From contig NZ_JAAAPK010000002.1 in assembly GCF_009909105.1 (NCBI RefSeq), forward strand, positions 221,827 through 285,826: a DNA stretch of 64,000 bases, in the 5' to 3' direction. Source of the DNA: Corallococcus exiguus. Lineage in GTDB: Bacteria > Myxococcota > Myxococcia > Myxococcales > Myxococcaceae. Position 1 is the first letter of the stretch; every line of letters begins with the position of its first letter. A program made the translations under genes and the position numbers. Below, piece after piece: positions 1 to 9,880 of the stretch. The notes under the pieces are model-generated. The model had not been told where the DNA came from. It saw only the letters and a program-made list of their open reading frames with translations, and did not search any database.

Positions 1-1364
1 AACCCGATGAGTCCGCGCGCGGGGATGCGGAACTGGAGCCGGGTGCGGCCCGAGCCCAGCTGCTGCATGTCCGTCATGCGGCCCTTGCGGGGCCCCAGGC
101 GCTCCGTCACCACGCCCACGCTGTTCTCCGGCACGTCGGCGAAGAGCAGCTCCATGGGCTCGTGGAGCTGGCCGTCCACCGTCTTGGTGATGGGCTCCGG
201 GTTGGAGGCCGTGAGCTCGTAGCCCTCGCGGCGCATGTTCTCGATGATGACCGCCAGCGCCAGTTCGCCACGGCCCACCACGCGGAACGCGTCCGGCGTC
301 GCGGTGTCCTCCACGCGCACGGCCACGTTGCGGTAGGCCTCGCGGTACAGACGCTCGCGCAGGTTGCGGGAGGTGACGTACTTGCCCTCCTTGCCCGCCA
401 GCGGCCCGTCGTTGACCTTGAAGATCATCATCATCGTGGGCTCGTCCACGGTGATGCGCGGCAGCGCCACGGGCTTCTCGAAGTCCGCGATGGTGTCGCC
501 GATGCTGATTTCCTCGATGCCCGCGATGGAGACGATCTCACCCGGGCCCGCGTCCGGGATCTCCTGGCGCTTCAGGCCGGAGAATCCGAACAGCTTGACG
601 ATCTTGCCCTGCTGCACCTTGCCGCCCTCGCGGACGACGGACACGGGCATGTTCGGGGTGATGCGGCCCGCCTGCACGCGACCCACCGCCAGACGGCCGA
701 CGTAGTCGTCGTAGTCCAGGTTGGCGACGAGCAGCTGCAGCGTCGTCTGCTCCGCCGGGGGCGGGGGCGGGGGCGGGATGTGCTTGATGATGGCGTCGTA
801 CAGCGGCTCCAGCGTCTTGCCCGGCACGTCCAGCGACGTGGAGGCCTGACCCTGGCGGGCGACGGTGTAGAGGACGGGCATCTCCAGCTGCTCTTCGTTC
901 GCGCCCAGGTCGATGTAGAGCGAGTACACCAGGTCCAGCACTTCCTTGGCCCGGGCGTCCTGACGGTCGATCTTGTTGATGACCAGCACGGTCTTCAGGC
1001 CCATGGCCAGCGCCTTGGTGAGCACGAAGCGCGTCTGGGGCAGGGGGCCTTCGGCGGCGTCCACCAGCAGGATGACGCCATCGACCAGGCGCAGACCGCG
1101 CTCCACCTCGCCACCGAAGTCGGCGTGGCCCGGCGTGTCGATGATGTTGATCTGCATCCCCTTGTAGGAGACGGCAGTGTTCTTCGCGAGAATGGTGATG
1201 CCCTTCTCGCGCTCGAGGTCGTTCGAGTCCATGACCCGCTCGGCCACGTGCTCATTGGAGCGGAAAGTCCCCGCCTGCCGGAGCAGGTGGTCGACGAGGG
1301 TGGTCTTGCCGTGGTCGACGTGGGCGACAATGGCGACGTTGCGAATGTTTTCGCGAGAGATCAT
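1..1364 (-). CDS. typA: GTP-binding translational GTPase TypA/BipA (N-terminal about 455 aa; C-terminus runs off window start)
   Basis: Reverse-complement translation from ATG at 1364 reads [32 protein letters not shown]...[40 protein letters not shown], with G1-G3 GTPase motifs. Not in the ORF table because no stop falls inside the window. The plus-strand ORF 162-1715 is its antisense shadow. Confidence 0.9.
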   Translation of the reverse strand, partial: MISRENIRNVAIVAHVDHGKTTLVDHLLRQAGTFRSNEHVAERVMDSNDLEREKGITILAKNTAVSYKGMQINIIDTPGHADFGGEVERGLRLVDGVILLVDAAEGPLPQTRFVLTKALAMGLKTVLVINKIDRQDARAKEVLDLVYSLYIDLGANEEQLEMPVLYTVARQGQASTSLDVPGKTLEPLYDAIIKHIPPPPPPPAEQTTLQLLVANLDYDDYVGRLAVGRVQAGRITPNMPVSVVREGGKVQQGKIVKLFGFSGLKRQEIPDAGPGEIVSIAGIEEISIGDTIADFEKPVALPRITVDEPTMMMIFKVNDGPLAGKEGKYVTSRNLRERLYREAYRNVAVRVEDTATPDAFRVVGRGELALAVIIENMRREGYELTASNPEPITKTVDGQLHEPMELLFADVPENSVGVVTERLGPRKGRMTDMQQLGSGRTRLQFRIPARGLIG

Positions 1365-1530
1365 GCGGACCAACTGACGGAAAAGAAGGTGCGAGGAGAG
1401 ACGCCCAGAACGGGGGTTTCTCAATCCCACCGGAACCCGGAAGGCGGGGGCTTATATGCCGGGGGCTTCCCACCTGCAATGAAGGCGGGTGTCCAGCAGG
1501 CAAACAATCAGCCCCCTGCCTGCTGGGCGC

Positions 1531-2454
1531 TTATCCCACCTTTGGCGGAATTTCCGCGGTCTCCACTCCCAGACGCTCCCTCAGGAAGCGCTCCACCCGC
1601 AGCTCCACCAGGCCTGGAACTTCCAGTGGGGCGGTATGGGTGCCCTCGGAAATCATCAGGAGCTCAGAGGAGGGGATGCGCTCGGCCATCTTCCGGGACA
1701 GCCAGCCGGGGGTGAAGCGGTCCTTCTCCCCGGCGACCACCAGGGTAGGTACGTCCACGTGGTCCAGGTGGTCCTCGGCGGTGTGGCTCGCCAGAGAATC
1801 CAGGGTTCGCACGAAGACGACGGGGTCCATGCGTGCCAGATGCGTGAAGTAGGGGGCCAGGTCGTTGCGGGCGATGAGGTCCGGGTTCATCTCCAGGCGG
1901 ATGGCCAGCTGCACCACCAATTCCGTGGTGAGCGCCCCGTGCACGATGCGCGCGGTGTGCCGGGGGAAGCGCTCCACCGCGGCCCTCAAGGTGGGGAAGA
2001 GGCGCTTGAGCATCGTGGAGTCATGGAAGGTGTCCAGCGGCAGGCCGTAGCTGCCGCACACCAGCACCAGCCCCTCCACGCGCCGGGCGTAGCGGCGATG
2101 GAACTCCAGCGCCACCTGCACGCCCATGGAGTGGCCGAAGAGGACGGCCTTGTCCATGCCCGCCGCGTCCATCACCCGCGCCAGGTCGTCGCAGGTGTAC
2201 GCCATGCCGATGCGCGTGCGGTCCGTGGGGACGGTGCTCTTGCCGTGGCCCCGGTAGTGCCAGCGCAGCACGCGGTGGCGCCGGCCCAGGTAGGGCAGCA
2301 GGTACTTCCAGGCGAAGCCGTCACAGCCCAGGCCGTCGCACAGGACCGTGCCCGGGGCCCCGTCCCCCCGCACCTGGTAGTAGAGGTCCGCGCCGTCCGG
2401 CACCCGCAGCGAGTCCTGCCGGAAGGAGACCGCCTGTCCGTGGGGTGCGCTCAC
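1531..2454 (-). CDS. alpha/beta-fold hydrolase
   Basis: C-terminal 300 aa of ORF 1531-2799 reads ...LFGHSMGVQVALEF... (GxSxG nucleophile elbow) with typical alpha/beta hydrolase layout. Start GTG at 2454 is preceded by GGAGG and overlaps the stop of the upstream activator (GTGA). Confidence 0.7.
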   Translation of the reverse strand: MSAPHGQAVSFRQDSLRVPDGADLYYQVRGDGAPGTVLCDGLGCDGFAWKYLLPYLGRRHRVLRWHYRGHGKSTVPTDRTRIGMAYTCDDLARVMDAAGMDKAVLFGHSMGVQVALEFHRRYARRVEGLVLVCGSYGLPLDTFHDSTMLKRLFPTLRAAVERFPRHTARIVHGALTTELVVQLAIRLEMNPDLIARNDLAPYFTHLARMDPVVFVRTLDSLASHTAEDHLDHVDVPTLVVAGEKDRFTPGWLSRKMAERIPSSELLMISEGTHTAPLEVPGLVELRVERFLRERLGVETAEIPPKVG

Positions 2455-4043
2455 GCCTCCACCTCTTCCGTGTCCAGCCCCTCGGGGATGCCCTTGTCCA
2501 GCCCGTAGCGGGAGATTTTCAAGAGCAGGTTGGAGCGGCTGATGCCCAGCTCGCGCGACAGCCGGCTCTTGTTGTAGCGGGTGCGCACCAGCCCCTGGTG
2601 GATCATCTCCTTCTCCAGGGACTCCACCGCTTCGTGCAGCTTGCCGTGCGCGCGCGGGGCGATGAAGGGCCCGCCGCCGGGGACGACCGCGTCGCGGATG
2701 CGGCTGGAGAGCAGGTCCGCGGGGATGACCTCCAGCTCGCCTCCCAGCACCAGCAGCCGCTCGATTTCGTTCTCCAGCTCGCGGATGTTCCCTGGCCACG
2801 CGTACGCGCCCAGGATGCCCAGGGCCTCCGGCGCCAGGCCCCGCGCGCGCTGGCCCTCGCGGTGGTGCTTGCGCAGGAAGTGGTCGATGAGGACGGGCAG
2901 GTCGTCCTTGCGCTCGCGCAGGGGCGGCAGCTGCAGGCGGATGACGTTGATGCGGTAGAAGAGGTCCTCGCGGAACTCGCCGCGCTTCACCATCTCGCCC
3001 AGGTCCTTGTGGGTGGCGGCGATGACGCGCACGTCGACCTCGCGGGAATGGGTGCCGCCCACCGGCAGGAAGGTGCCTTCCTGGAGGACTCGCAGGAGCT
3101 TCACCTGGAGGGCGGGGGACATGTCGCCCACCTCGTCCAGGAAGAAGGTGCCCTGGTCCGCGACCTCGAAGAGGCCCTTCTTGTCCTTGAGCGCGCCGGT
3201 GAAGGAGCCCCGGGTGTGACCGAAGAGGGCGCTCTCCAGCAGGTTGTCGTTGAAGGCGGAGCAGTTCTGCACGACGAACGGCTTGTCCTTGCGCGGACCG
3301 TTGTGGTGGATGGCGCGCGCCACCAGCTCCTTGCCCGTGCCGGACTCGCCGTTGATGAGGACGGTGGAGTCGGAGTGGGCCACCTTCTCCATCAGGCGGA
3401 ACACTTCGTTCATGGCCCCGGAGCGGCCGATGATCTTCTCGAAGCGGTAGCGGTTGGACAGCTCGGAGGCCATGGACTGGATGGTCTCTTCCTTGCGCGT
3501 GAGCTCCACCTCCTGGTTGGCGATCTCCGTGACCGCGAACTCCAGCAGGTCCGACAGCTTGCTCAGCTCCGAGCCGTCCAGCACCGGCACGCGCTCCGCC
3601 GCGCCCTCCAGCTCCAGCATCGCCCCGGGCGCGATGTCGCGCATCTTGCCCAGGAGCACCTGTCCGTCTCCGGGCATGAGCGGCTGCCGGGCGAAGCCCT
3701 CCACGAAGAGGAAGCCCTCGTACTCGTTGCGGATGTAGAGCGGCGCGCCCACGATGGACAGGCGCAGGTGGCAGTCGTGGAAGAGCGAGCGGCGCAGGTT
3801 CTTGGCGGCCTTGAACTTCTCATGCAGCACCCGCACCGACTGGGCACACCGCCGCATCCCCTCCCGCGCCCCCAGCGAGTGGCGGCAGAAGTCGTTGGGC
3901 GGCGGGATGAAATCCCCGCGCTGCCAGTCGTGAACCAGGCCGTTGCGATCCGCGAACGAAAGCTCCACCTGCCACCACTTGCGGATGACATCCCTCAACA
4001 TGACAATGGTGTGCAGATTCTGATGCTTCTCGAAGTCCATCCC
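2451..4043 (-). CDS. sigma-54-dependent Fis-family transcriptional activator (NtrC/bacterial enhancer-binding protein, N-terminal sensory domain)
   Basis: Central AAA+ sigma-54 interaction domain: [21 protein letters not shown]-like [32 protein letters not shown]-terminal HTH ...[23 protein letters not shown]. Start chosen at internal Met MDFEK (4043); ORF table begins earlier at 4175. Confidence 0.85.
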   Translation of the reverse strand, partial: GMDFEKHQNLHTIVMLRDVIRKWWQVELSFADRNGLVHDWQRGDFIPPPNDFCRHSLGAREGMRRCAQSVRVLHEKFKAAKNLRRSLFHDCHLRLSIVGAPLYIRNEYEGFLFVEGFARQPLMPGDGQVLLGKMRDIAPGAMLELEGAAERVPVLDGSELSKLSDLLEFAVTEIANQEVELTRKEETIQSMASELSNRYRFEKIIGRSGAMNEVFRLMEKVAHSDSTVLINGESGTGKELVARAIHHNGPRKDKPFVVQNCSAFNDNLLESALFGHTRGSFTGALKDKKGLFEVADQGTFFLDEVGDMSPALQVKLLRVLQEGTFLPVGGTHSREVDVRVIAATHKDLGEMVKRGEFREDLFYRINVIRLQLPPLRERKDDLPVLIDHFLRKHHREGQRARGLAPEALGILGAYAWPGNIRELENEIERLLVLGGELEVIPADLLSSRIRDAVVPGGGPFIAPRAHGKLHEAVESLEKEMIHQGLVRTRYNKSRLSRELGISRSNLLLKISRYGLDKGIPEGLDTEEVEA

Positions 4044-4153
4044 CGCGTCCCTCGGCCTGTTGCGGATCAGGACAACGGATCTACGGGGTTGTCCGAAATC
4101 AATCCAGCGGCACCTGTCCGAATGAAGGCGCTGTTGGCGTACCCTGGTTCCCT

Positions 4154-5149
4154 GTGAGCGCACCCCCACATACACACGGCAGGGCCGGGCACGGTCATTC
4201 GCACGACCACGACCATGACCACTCGCATCATGGGCATTCGCACGGCCATTCGCACGGTCCCCGCAAGGGCGGGCTGGCGGAGGAGCGGCGCAAGGACCGG
4301 CGGCGGCTGCTGTTCGCGCTGGGGCTGACGGCGACCATCATGGTGGCGGAGGCGGTGGGCGGCTTCCTCACCAACTCGCTGGCGCTGCTCTCCGACGCCG
4401 GGCACATGCTGACGGACGTGTCGGCCATGGTCCTGAGCCTGCTGGCGCTCTGGTTCGCCGGGCGGCCCGCGGACCTGAAGAAGACCTACGGCTACTACCG
4501 GATGGAGATTTTGAGCGCGCTCCTCAACGGGGTGCTGCTGCTGGTCATCACCATCTTCATCCTGATGGAGGCCTGGCAGCGCATGCGCACGCCCGCTCCG
4601 GTGGAGTTGGGGCCCATGGCGCTGGTGGCGGGCATCGGCCTGGTGGCGAACCTGGCGGCGCTGGGCTTCCTGCACCAGACGCACTCCATGAACGTGCGCG
4701 GTGCGTTCCTGCACGTGCTGGGGGACACGCTGTCGTCGGTGGGCGTGCTGATTGGCGCGGGCGTGATGTGGTGGACCGGCTGGTACGTGGTGGACCCCAT
4801 CATCTCCGTGCTGATTTCGATGATCATCGTCGTGGGCGCGCTGCGGCTGGTGAAGGACGCGGTGGACGTGCTCCTGGAGGCGGTGCCCGCGCACGTGGAC
4901 CTGGAGCAGGTGCGCGACCTCATGGGAAAGGTGCCGGGCGTGCAGGCGGTGCACGACCTGCACGTGTGGACCATCTCCAGCGGGATGTACGCGCTGTCCG
5001 CGCACCTGGTGGTGGCGGACCCCATGGTCTGCAACAACGACGACATCCTGTCCGCGGTGAAGCACGACCTCTTCGACCGCTTCGGCATCGACCACACGAC
5101 CATCCAGATTGAGAGCCAGTCCTACGCCCACCTGGGCGAAGTGCACTGA
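4154..5149 (+). CDS. cation diffusion facilitator (CDF) family metal efflux transporter, His-rich N-terminus
   Basis: N-terminal HGHSHDHDHDHSHHGHSHGHSHG tract, six predicted TM helices, conserved CDF motifs (LSDAGHML, HVLGDTLSSVGVL) and C-terminal cytoplasmic domain. GTG start. Confidence 0.85.
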   Translation: MSAPPHTHGRAGHGHSHDHDHDHSHHGHSHGHSHGPRKGGLAEERRKDRRRLLFALGLTATIMVAEAVGGFLTNSLALLSDAGHMLTDVSAMVLSLLALWFAGRPADLKKTYGYYRMEILSALLNGVLLLVITIFILMEAWQRMRTPAPVELGPMALVAGIGLVANLAALGFLHQTHSMNVRGAFLHVLGDTLSSVGVLIGAGVMWWTGWYVVDPIISVLISMIIVVGALRLVKDAVDVLLEAVPAHVDLEQVRDLMGKVPGVQAVHDLHVWTISSGMYALSAHLVVADPMVCNNDDILSAVKHDLFDRFGIDHTTIQIESQSYAHLGEVH

Positions 5150-5196
5150 CTCACGCTTGCGAAAGGCGCGCGGGGAGGGAATCCTCGCGGGCCTCT

Positions 5197-6240
5197 ATGA
5201 GCGTGCTGGACAAGGTGTTGTCGCTGCGGCCGGGCAACGTGGTGGCGCGGGTGGGCCCGGGCTCCCGGGTGCCCCTGTTGGATCCACGAGAGTTGCTTGC
5301 GGCGCTGGAATCCACGCCCATGGCGCTGCCGTGCCTGCCGGTGCTGTCCAAGGGCGCGCTGCCGGGCCTGTTGGGCGCGGCCCGCGCGGAGGACTCGGTG
5401 CTGGGCCTCTCCTGCCCGCACCCCCTGGCGGACCGGGGCGCGCCGGAGCGCTTCGTGAGGGCGGTGCACGCGGCGGCGCAGGAGGCCGAGCACACCCGGC
5501 CCCTGTTCCTCCAGGCCGGCCCACTCCGGGTGAGCTCCACGGACGCGGACGTGCTGGACGCGCTCCATGACGGCATCTTCCGCGTGGTGGACGCGGGCTT
5601 CGCGCTGGTGTCGCTGGACCTGTCGCGCCTCACCTCCTACGAGGCCGTGGAGGCGGTGAACGCGCTGGTGGGCCCGCTCAAGGAGCGCGAGCTGTCGCTG
5701 GAGGTGTCCCCGCCCCAGCTGTCTTCCGGCGGGCTGGTGGACGCGTGCGCGACGCTGCTGGAGGGGCTGGCGCAGTGGCAGGTCCCGCTGCGCTTCCTGC
5801 GCGTGTCGGACGCCCAGCTGGGAGAGGGCGAGCTGGACGTGGAGCTGCTGCGGCAGGTGGTGGAGACGGCCGCGGGGAAGGGCGTGTCGGTGTCGGTGGC
5901 GGAATCCTCCACGGGGCCCGCGCGGGGGCTGTCCAGCTACGTGGCCGTGGGTGTGCGCAAGGTGGACCAGGGAGGGCCCTTCGGTCCGCTGGCCCTGCGC
6001 GCCTGGCCTCCGGAGGTGCGCGAGGCGGTGGTGGCGCGGGCCCAGGCGGCGGGCATGCCGGCCGGGGAGCTGCTCTCCGTGCTGGAGGAGGGGCTGCCGC
6101 CCCTGACGCCCTCGGCCCGGGAGACGCTGGAGGCGCTGTCCTTCGCGGAGGCCACGGAGGCCCTGGTGGCGCTGGGGGCGCACCGGTCCGCTTCGGTGGC
6201 CATGGCGTTCCTCGCGAAGCCGGGCGGGGACCTGGGCTAG
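5197..6240 (+). CDS. hypothetical protein (Ala/Leu-rich, no recognised motif)
   Basis: 347-aa ORF in the correct intergenic position between the CDF gene and rsmD. No family recognised by eye. Confidence 0.45.
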   Translation: MSVLDKVLSLRPGNVVARVGPGSRVPLLDPRELLAALESTPMALPCLPVLSKGALPGLLGAARAEDSVLGLSCPHPLADRGAPERFVRAVHAAAQEAEHTRPLFLQAGPLRVSSTDADVLDALHDGIFRVVDAGFALVSLDLSRLTSYEAVEAVNALVGPLKERELSLEVSPPQLSSGGLVDACATLLEGLAQWQVPLRFLRVSDAQLGEGELDVELLRQVVETAAGKGVSVSVAESSTGPARGLSSYVAVGVRKVDQGGPFGPLALRAWPPEVREAVVARAQAAGMPAGELLSVLEEGLPPLTPSARETLEALSFAEATEALVALGAHRSASVAMAFLAKPGGDLG

Positions 6241-6250
6241 AAGGGCGCGC

Positions 6251-6808
6251 ATGCGCATCGTTGCAGGCAGCGCGAAGGGTCGGGCCCTGACGGGGCCCAA
6301 GCCGTCGTCCGGACACATCCGCCCCACGGCGGACCGGGTCCGGGAAACCATCTTCAACATGCTGGGCCAGTTCCTGGACGGCCAGGCCGTGCTGGACCTG
6401 TACGCGGGGACAGGCGCCCTGGGGCTGGAGGCCCTGTCGCGGGGCGCGGGCCGGCTGGTGCTGGTGGACCAGGACCGCGAGGCCCTGGCCCTGTGCCGGA
6501 AGAACACCGACGCGCTGGGCTTCGCCGCCCAGGTGTCCATCCTGGCGCAGCCCGTGGTCCGCGCGCTGGAGACGCTGGGCAAGCAGGGGGCGAAGTTCGA
6601 CCTCGTCTTCGCGGATCCACCCTACGCGGCGCGCGTGGTGGAGACGGTGCTGGAGGCGGTGGTGGCCGCGGGCGTGGTGACGCCGGGCGGCATGGTGATG
6701 GTGGAGCACGACAAGCGGGAAGCGGCCCCGGAGGCCCACTCGGGGCTCGCCCTGGAGGACCAGCGCCGCTTCGGGGACACCCTGGTGAGCTTCTACCGGG
6801 CCCCGTGA
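6251..6808 (+). CDS. rsmD: 16S rRNA (guanine966-N2)-methyltransferase RsmD
   Basis: MRIVAGSAKGRAL...GHIRPTADRVRETIFNML...VLDLYAGTGALGLEALSRGA...FADPPY motifs. Conserved synteny with coaD immediately downstream. Confidence 0.8.
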   Translation: MRIVAGSAKGRALTGPKPSSGHIRPTADRVRETIFNMLGQFLDGQAVLDLYAGTGALGLEALSRGAGRLVLVDQDREALALCRKNTDALGFAAQVSILAQPVVRALETLGKQGAKFDLVFADPPYAARVVETVLEAVVAAGVVTPGGMVMVEHDKREAAPEAHSGLALEDQRRFGDTLVSFYRAP

Positions 6809-6855
6809 CGTGCGCTTGACCGGCCCCGTGGGCCCGCCGAGACTTCAACGCACCC

Positions 6856-7338
6856 ATGCCGGTCGCCATCTATCCTGGTTCGTTCGATCCGCTCACCAAC
6901 GGGCACCTGAGCCTCATCCAGCGCAGCCTGAAGATGTTCGACCGGCTCATCGTCGCCATCGCGGTGAACCCGAAGAAGACGCCCCTCTTCAGCCAGGAGG
7001 AGCGCATCGAGCTCATCCGTGAAGCGGTGAACGACCCCCGCGTGGAGGTGGACGCCTTCCACGGCCTGCTGGTGGACTACGTGCACCAGCGCAACGTGAG
7101 CGTCGTCATCCGCGGGCTGCGCGCGGTGTCGGACTTCGAATACGAGTTCCAACTGGCGAACATGAACCGCAAGCTGGCGCCGGACATCGACACCGTCTTC
7201 ATGATGACGGGTGAGGACTACTTCTACATCTCCTCGCAGCTGGTCCGGGAGGTCGCGACCTTCGGGGGGAACGTGGATGGGCTCGTCCCCCCGAACGTCA
7301 ACGCGGGGCTGAAGAAGAAGTTCGGCCCGAAACCGTAG
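6856..7338 (+). CDS. coaD: phosphopantetheine adenylyltransferase
   Basis: [23 protein letters not shown]...[26 protein letters not shown], the classic CoaD nucleotidyltransferase signature. Confidence 0.9.
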   Translation: MPVAIYPGSFDPLTNGHLSLIQRSLKMFDRLIVAIAVNPKKTPLFSQEERIELIREAVNDPRVEVDAFHGLLVDYVHQRNVSVVIRGLRAVSDFEYEFQLANMNRKLAPDIDTVFMMTGEDYFYISSQLVREVATFGGNVDGLVPPNVNAGLKKKFGPKP

Positions 7339-7407
7339 CGGCAGGCGGGCGACGCAGGACGTCCGGGAGGCTTGTCCGCTTCGGACGTTCCGCGCTAGGC
7401 AGGACGC

Positions 7408-8601
7408 ATGAAACTCGCCCGCCGGCTGCAAGCCATCAAGCCCTCCGCCACCCTGGCCCTCAACGCCCGCGCCAAGGCGCTCGCGGCGAGTGGGAAGGAC
7501 GTGGTGGTGCTCGCCGCCGGTGAGCCGGACTTCGACACGCCGGAGTTCGTGAAGCAGGCGGCCATCGACGCGCTCCGCACGGGCTTCACCAAGTACACCG
7601 CCACCGCGGGCATGCCGGAGCTGCGCGAGGCCGTCTGCCGCAAGCTGGAGAAGGACAACGGCCTGAAGTACGCGGTGGATCAGGTGGTGGTGACGGCGGG
7701 CGGCAAGCAGTCGCTCTACAACTGCTTCCAGGCGCTGCTGGACGAAGGCGACGAGGTCATCATCTTCGCGCCGTACTGGGTGAGCTACCCGGACATGGTG
7801 CACCTGGCGGGCGGCACGCCGGTCATCGTCCCCACGCGCGAGGAGGACGGCTACGCGCCGGACCCCGCCGCCATCAAGAAGGCGCTCACCCCGCGCACGC
7901 GCGCCATCGTGCTCAACAGCCCGGCCAACCCCACGGGCGCGGTGTACTCGCGCGCCACGCTGGAGGGCATCGCGGACGCGGTGCGCGGGCACGACTGCAT
8001 CATCGTCACCGACGACATGTACGAGAAGCTCCTCTACACGGGGGAGCCGTTCCTCAACCTGGGCAACGTGGCGCCGGACCTGGTGCCCCGGCTGCTGCTG
8101 TCCAACGGCCTGTCCAAGTCCCACGCGATGACGGGTTGGCGGCTGGGCTACGCGGCGGGCCCCAAGGCGCTCATCACCGGCATGCAGCTGGTGCAGGACC
8201 AGTCCACCTCCAACGCGTCCTCCATCACGCAGAAGGCGGCGCTGGCGGCGCTCAACGGCCCCACGGACACCATCACCGCCATGGTGAACGAGTACCGCGA
8301 GCGCCGGGACTTGTTCGTCGCGGGACTCAACGCCATCCCCGGCATCCGCTGCCGGCTGCCGGAAGGCGCCTTCTACGCGATGGCGGACGTGCGGGGCCTG
8401 ATGGGCAAGACGTACAAGGGCAAGCCGCTGACGGACTCGCTCCAGCTCTCCGAGGCGCTGCTCAACGACTTCCTCGTGGCGGCGGTGCCGGGAGATCCGT
8501 TCGGTGCGCCGGGCTACATCCGCATGAGCTTCGTCACCTCGCGCGAGGTGCTGCAGAAGGGCCTGACGCGCCTGCGGGATTTTGTCGCGGCGCTGGGTTG
8601 A
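7408..8601 (+). CDS. pyridoxal-phosphate-dependent aspartate/aromatic aminotransferase (class I)
   Basis: 397 aa; AAGEPDFDTP, NSPANPTG, SKSHAMTGWRLGY (PLP-lysine region) are typical of AspC-family aminotransferases. Confidence 0.85.
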   Translation: MKLARRLQAIKPSATLALNARAKALAASGKDVVVLAAGEPDFDTPEFVKQAAIDALRTGFTKYTATAGMPELREAVCRKLEKDNGLKYAVDQVVVTAGGKQSLYNCFQALLDEGDEVIIFAPYWVSYPDMVHLAGGTPVIVPTREEDGYAPDPAAIKKALTPRTRAIVLNSPANPTGAVYSRATLEGIADAVRGHDCIIVTDDMYEKLLYTGEPFLNLGNVAPDLVPRLLLSNGLSKSHAMTGWRLGYAAGPKALITGMQLVQDQSTSNASSITQKAALAALNGPTDTITAMVNEYRERRDLFVAGLNAIPGIRCRLPEGAFYAMADVRGLMGKTYKGKPLTDSLQLSEALLNDFLVAAVPGDPFGAPGYIRMSFVTSREVLQKGLTRLRDFVAALG

Positions 8602-8610
8602 GGTGAAGAG

Positions 8611-8650
8611 GCGGTCTGGGACAGTGAATTCCCAGGCCGCTTCGTCGTCT
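8611..8650 (+). terminator. candidate stem-loop terminator after aminotransferase gene
   Basis: GCGGTCTGGGA-cagtgaatt-TCCCAGGCCGC hairpin (one mismatch) followed by a weak U-tract (ttcgtcgtct) directly after the stop at 8601. Confidence 0.3.
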
Positions 8651-8744
8651 GGAAAGCCACCGGACGCACCGACGAGCCCCCACGCGGGCCAGGTGCGGAA
8701 GGCATCGCGCCGGCCGGAGCGCGCTTTCCCTGAAGAACCCACCC

Positions 8745-8933
8745 ATGATGGCCCTGAAGACTCGAAGCAGCGTGCTCTGCGCGCTCCTGATGGCCGTTGT
8801 GTTGTCCGCGTGCGATCCCGACGCCGGGTCCTCCATTGAAGCCGAGCGCGATGGCTTCAAGACCGCGTCCGAAATCCTGATCGTGATCCAGGACCCGGAT
8901 CCCGTGAGCATCACCCTGCAGCCGGCGCCTTGA
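8745..8933 (+). CDS. small putative lipoprotein (62 aa)
   Basis: N-terminal signal peptide with lipobox LSAC (MMALKTRSSVLCALLMAVVLSAC). Short, so coding status uncertain. Confidence 0.3.
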   Translation: MMALKTRSSVLCALLMAVVLSACDPDAGSSIEAERDGFKTASEILIVIQDPDPVSITLQPAP

Positions 8934-8982
8934 CGAAAGCAGCGGGGCGCCCGGGAGTAACGCCGGGCGCTCCTTGGCGTCT

Positions 8983-9738
8983 TCAGTCCGTGTACGCGAA
9001 GGCGTGCCAGCTCAGGTCCGGGCTGCCGCGGAAGAGGAAGATGGCCGCGTGGCCGGAGAGGTTGCCCACCGCGGCCCAGGTGTCCTTGAGCGCGCGCGGA
9101 TCCAGGCCCAGGCGCGCGGGTGGCTTGCCGTACTTCTTCTCCATCTCCGCGATGGGCAGCACTTCGATGTCGTAGAGGGTGACCAGGTCCGTGCGGCGCG
9201 AGCGCAGCTGCTTCACCCATGCCTGCACCAGCTCGTCGGGCGTGTTGAAGCGCTTGTCCTCCAGCTGGAACGGGAAGATCAGCTCCGTGGACGCGTTGCG
9301 CACATCCCCCGTCAGCAGGCTCTGGAAGAGGAAGCGCGCCTCGTTGTGGATCACCGAACGGGCGATGCCCTCGGGGGACAGGTCCTCTTCGGTGGGGCGC
9401 GCGGCTTCGCGACCCGGGGCCAACTGGACGGTGCCCGCGGAGGAGGGGGTGGGCGGCGTGGGCGGACGCGCCGTGGGGGACATGGGCACGGAGCCCGGAG
9501 GCGGGGTGGGAGCCGGCGTGGGCTTGCGAGGGGCCGGAGTGGGAGCCGCCGCTGGAGCCTGGGCCGCGGGGGGCTGCTGGGCCTCCGGGGGGGCGGGCGT
9601 CGGAGCCGGAGTGGGCGCGGCGGGGGCTGGCGCCGGGGTGGGCTCGGCGGGGGCGGGCGTGGCGGCGGCCGGAGCGGTGTCCTGGGCGAGGGCGGGCGCG
9701 GAGAGAAGGACGAGCAGGGCCAGGGGCCAGCGACGCAT
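8983..9738 (-). CDS. secreted Pro/Ala-rich protein of unknown function
   Basis: Start at internal Met MRRWPLALLVLLSAPALAQD (signal peptide) with GGAGG RBS 7 nt upstream; ORF table starts earlier at 9939. Low-complexity PAPT linker, then a globular C-terminal domain. Confidence 0.55.
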   Translation of the reverse strand: MRRWPLALLVLLSAPALAQDTAPAAATPAPAEPTPAPAPAAPTPAPTPAPPEAQQPPAAQAPAAAPTPAPRKPTPAPTPPPGSVPMSPTARPPTPPTPSSAGTVQLAPGREAARPTEEDLSPEGIARSVIHNEARFLFQSLLTGDVRNASTELIFPFQLEDKRFNTPDELVQAWVKQLRSRRTDLVTLYDIEVLPIAEMEKKYGKPPARLGLDPRALKDTWAAVGNLSGHAAIFLFRGSPDLSWHAFAYTD

Positions 9739-9880
9739 GAAACCTCCGGAGGGAAGCGCGGCAGCGTAGCAGAGGACGCCGGGCCGGGGTCTCCCGAGCA
9801 AGCAGGCATCGGACGGTCTCTTCGCATGCCACAACGCACCGCGTGCATGTGGCGGCGGACGTTGGTATGGGGGGCGCCCG

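Noticed and set aside
162-1715. 517-aa plus-strand ORF
   Set aside because: Antisense to the well-supported typA gene; Arg/Ala/Gly-rich translation typical of spurious high-GC reverse-frame ORFs.
5122-8742. Long minus-strand ORFs (5122-6582, 5678-6739, 6793-8742)
   Set aside because: Antisense to the hypothetical gene, rsmD, coaD and aminotransferase genes; low-complexity Arg/Pro/Gly-rich translations with no motifs.
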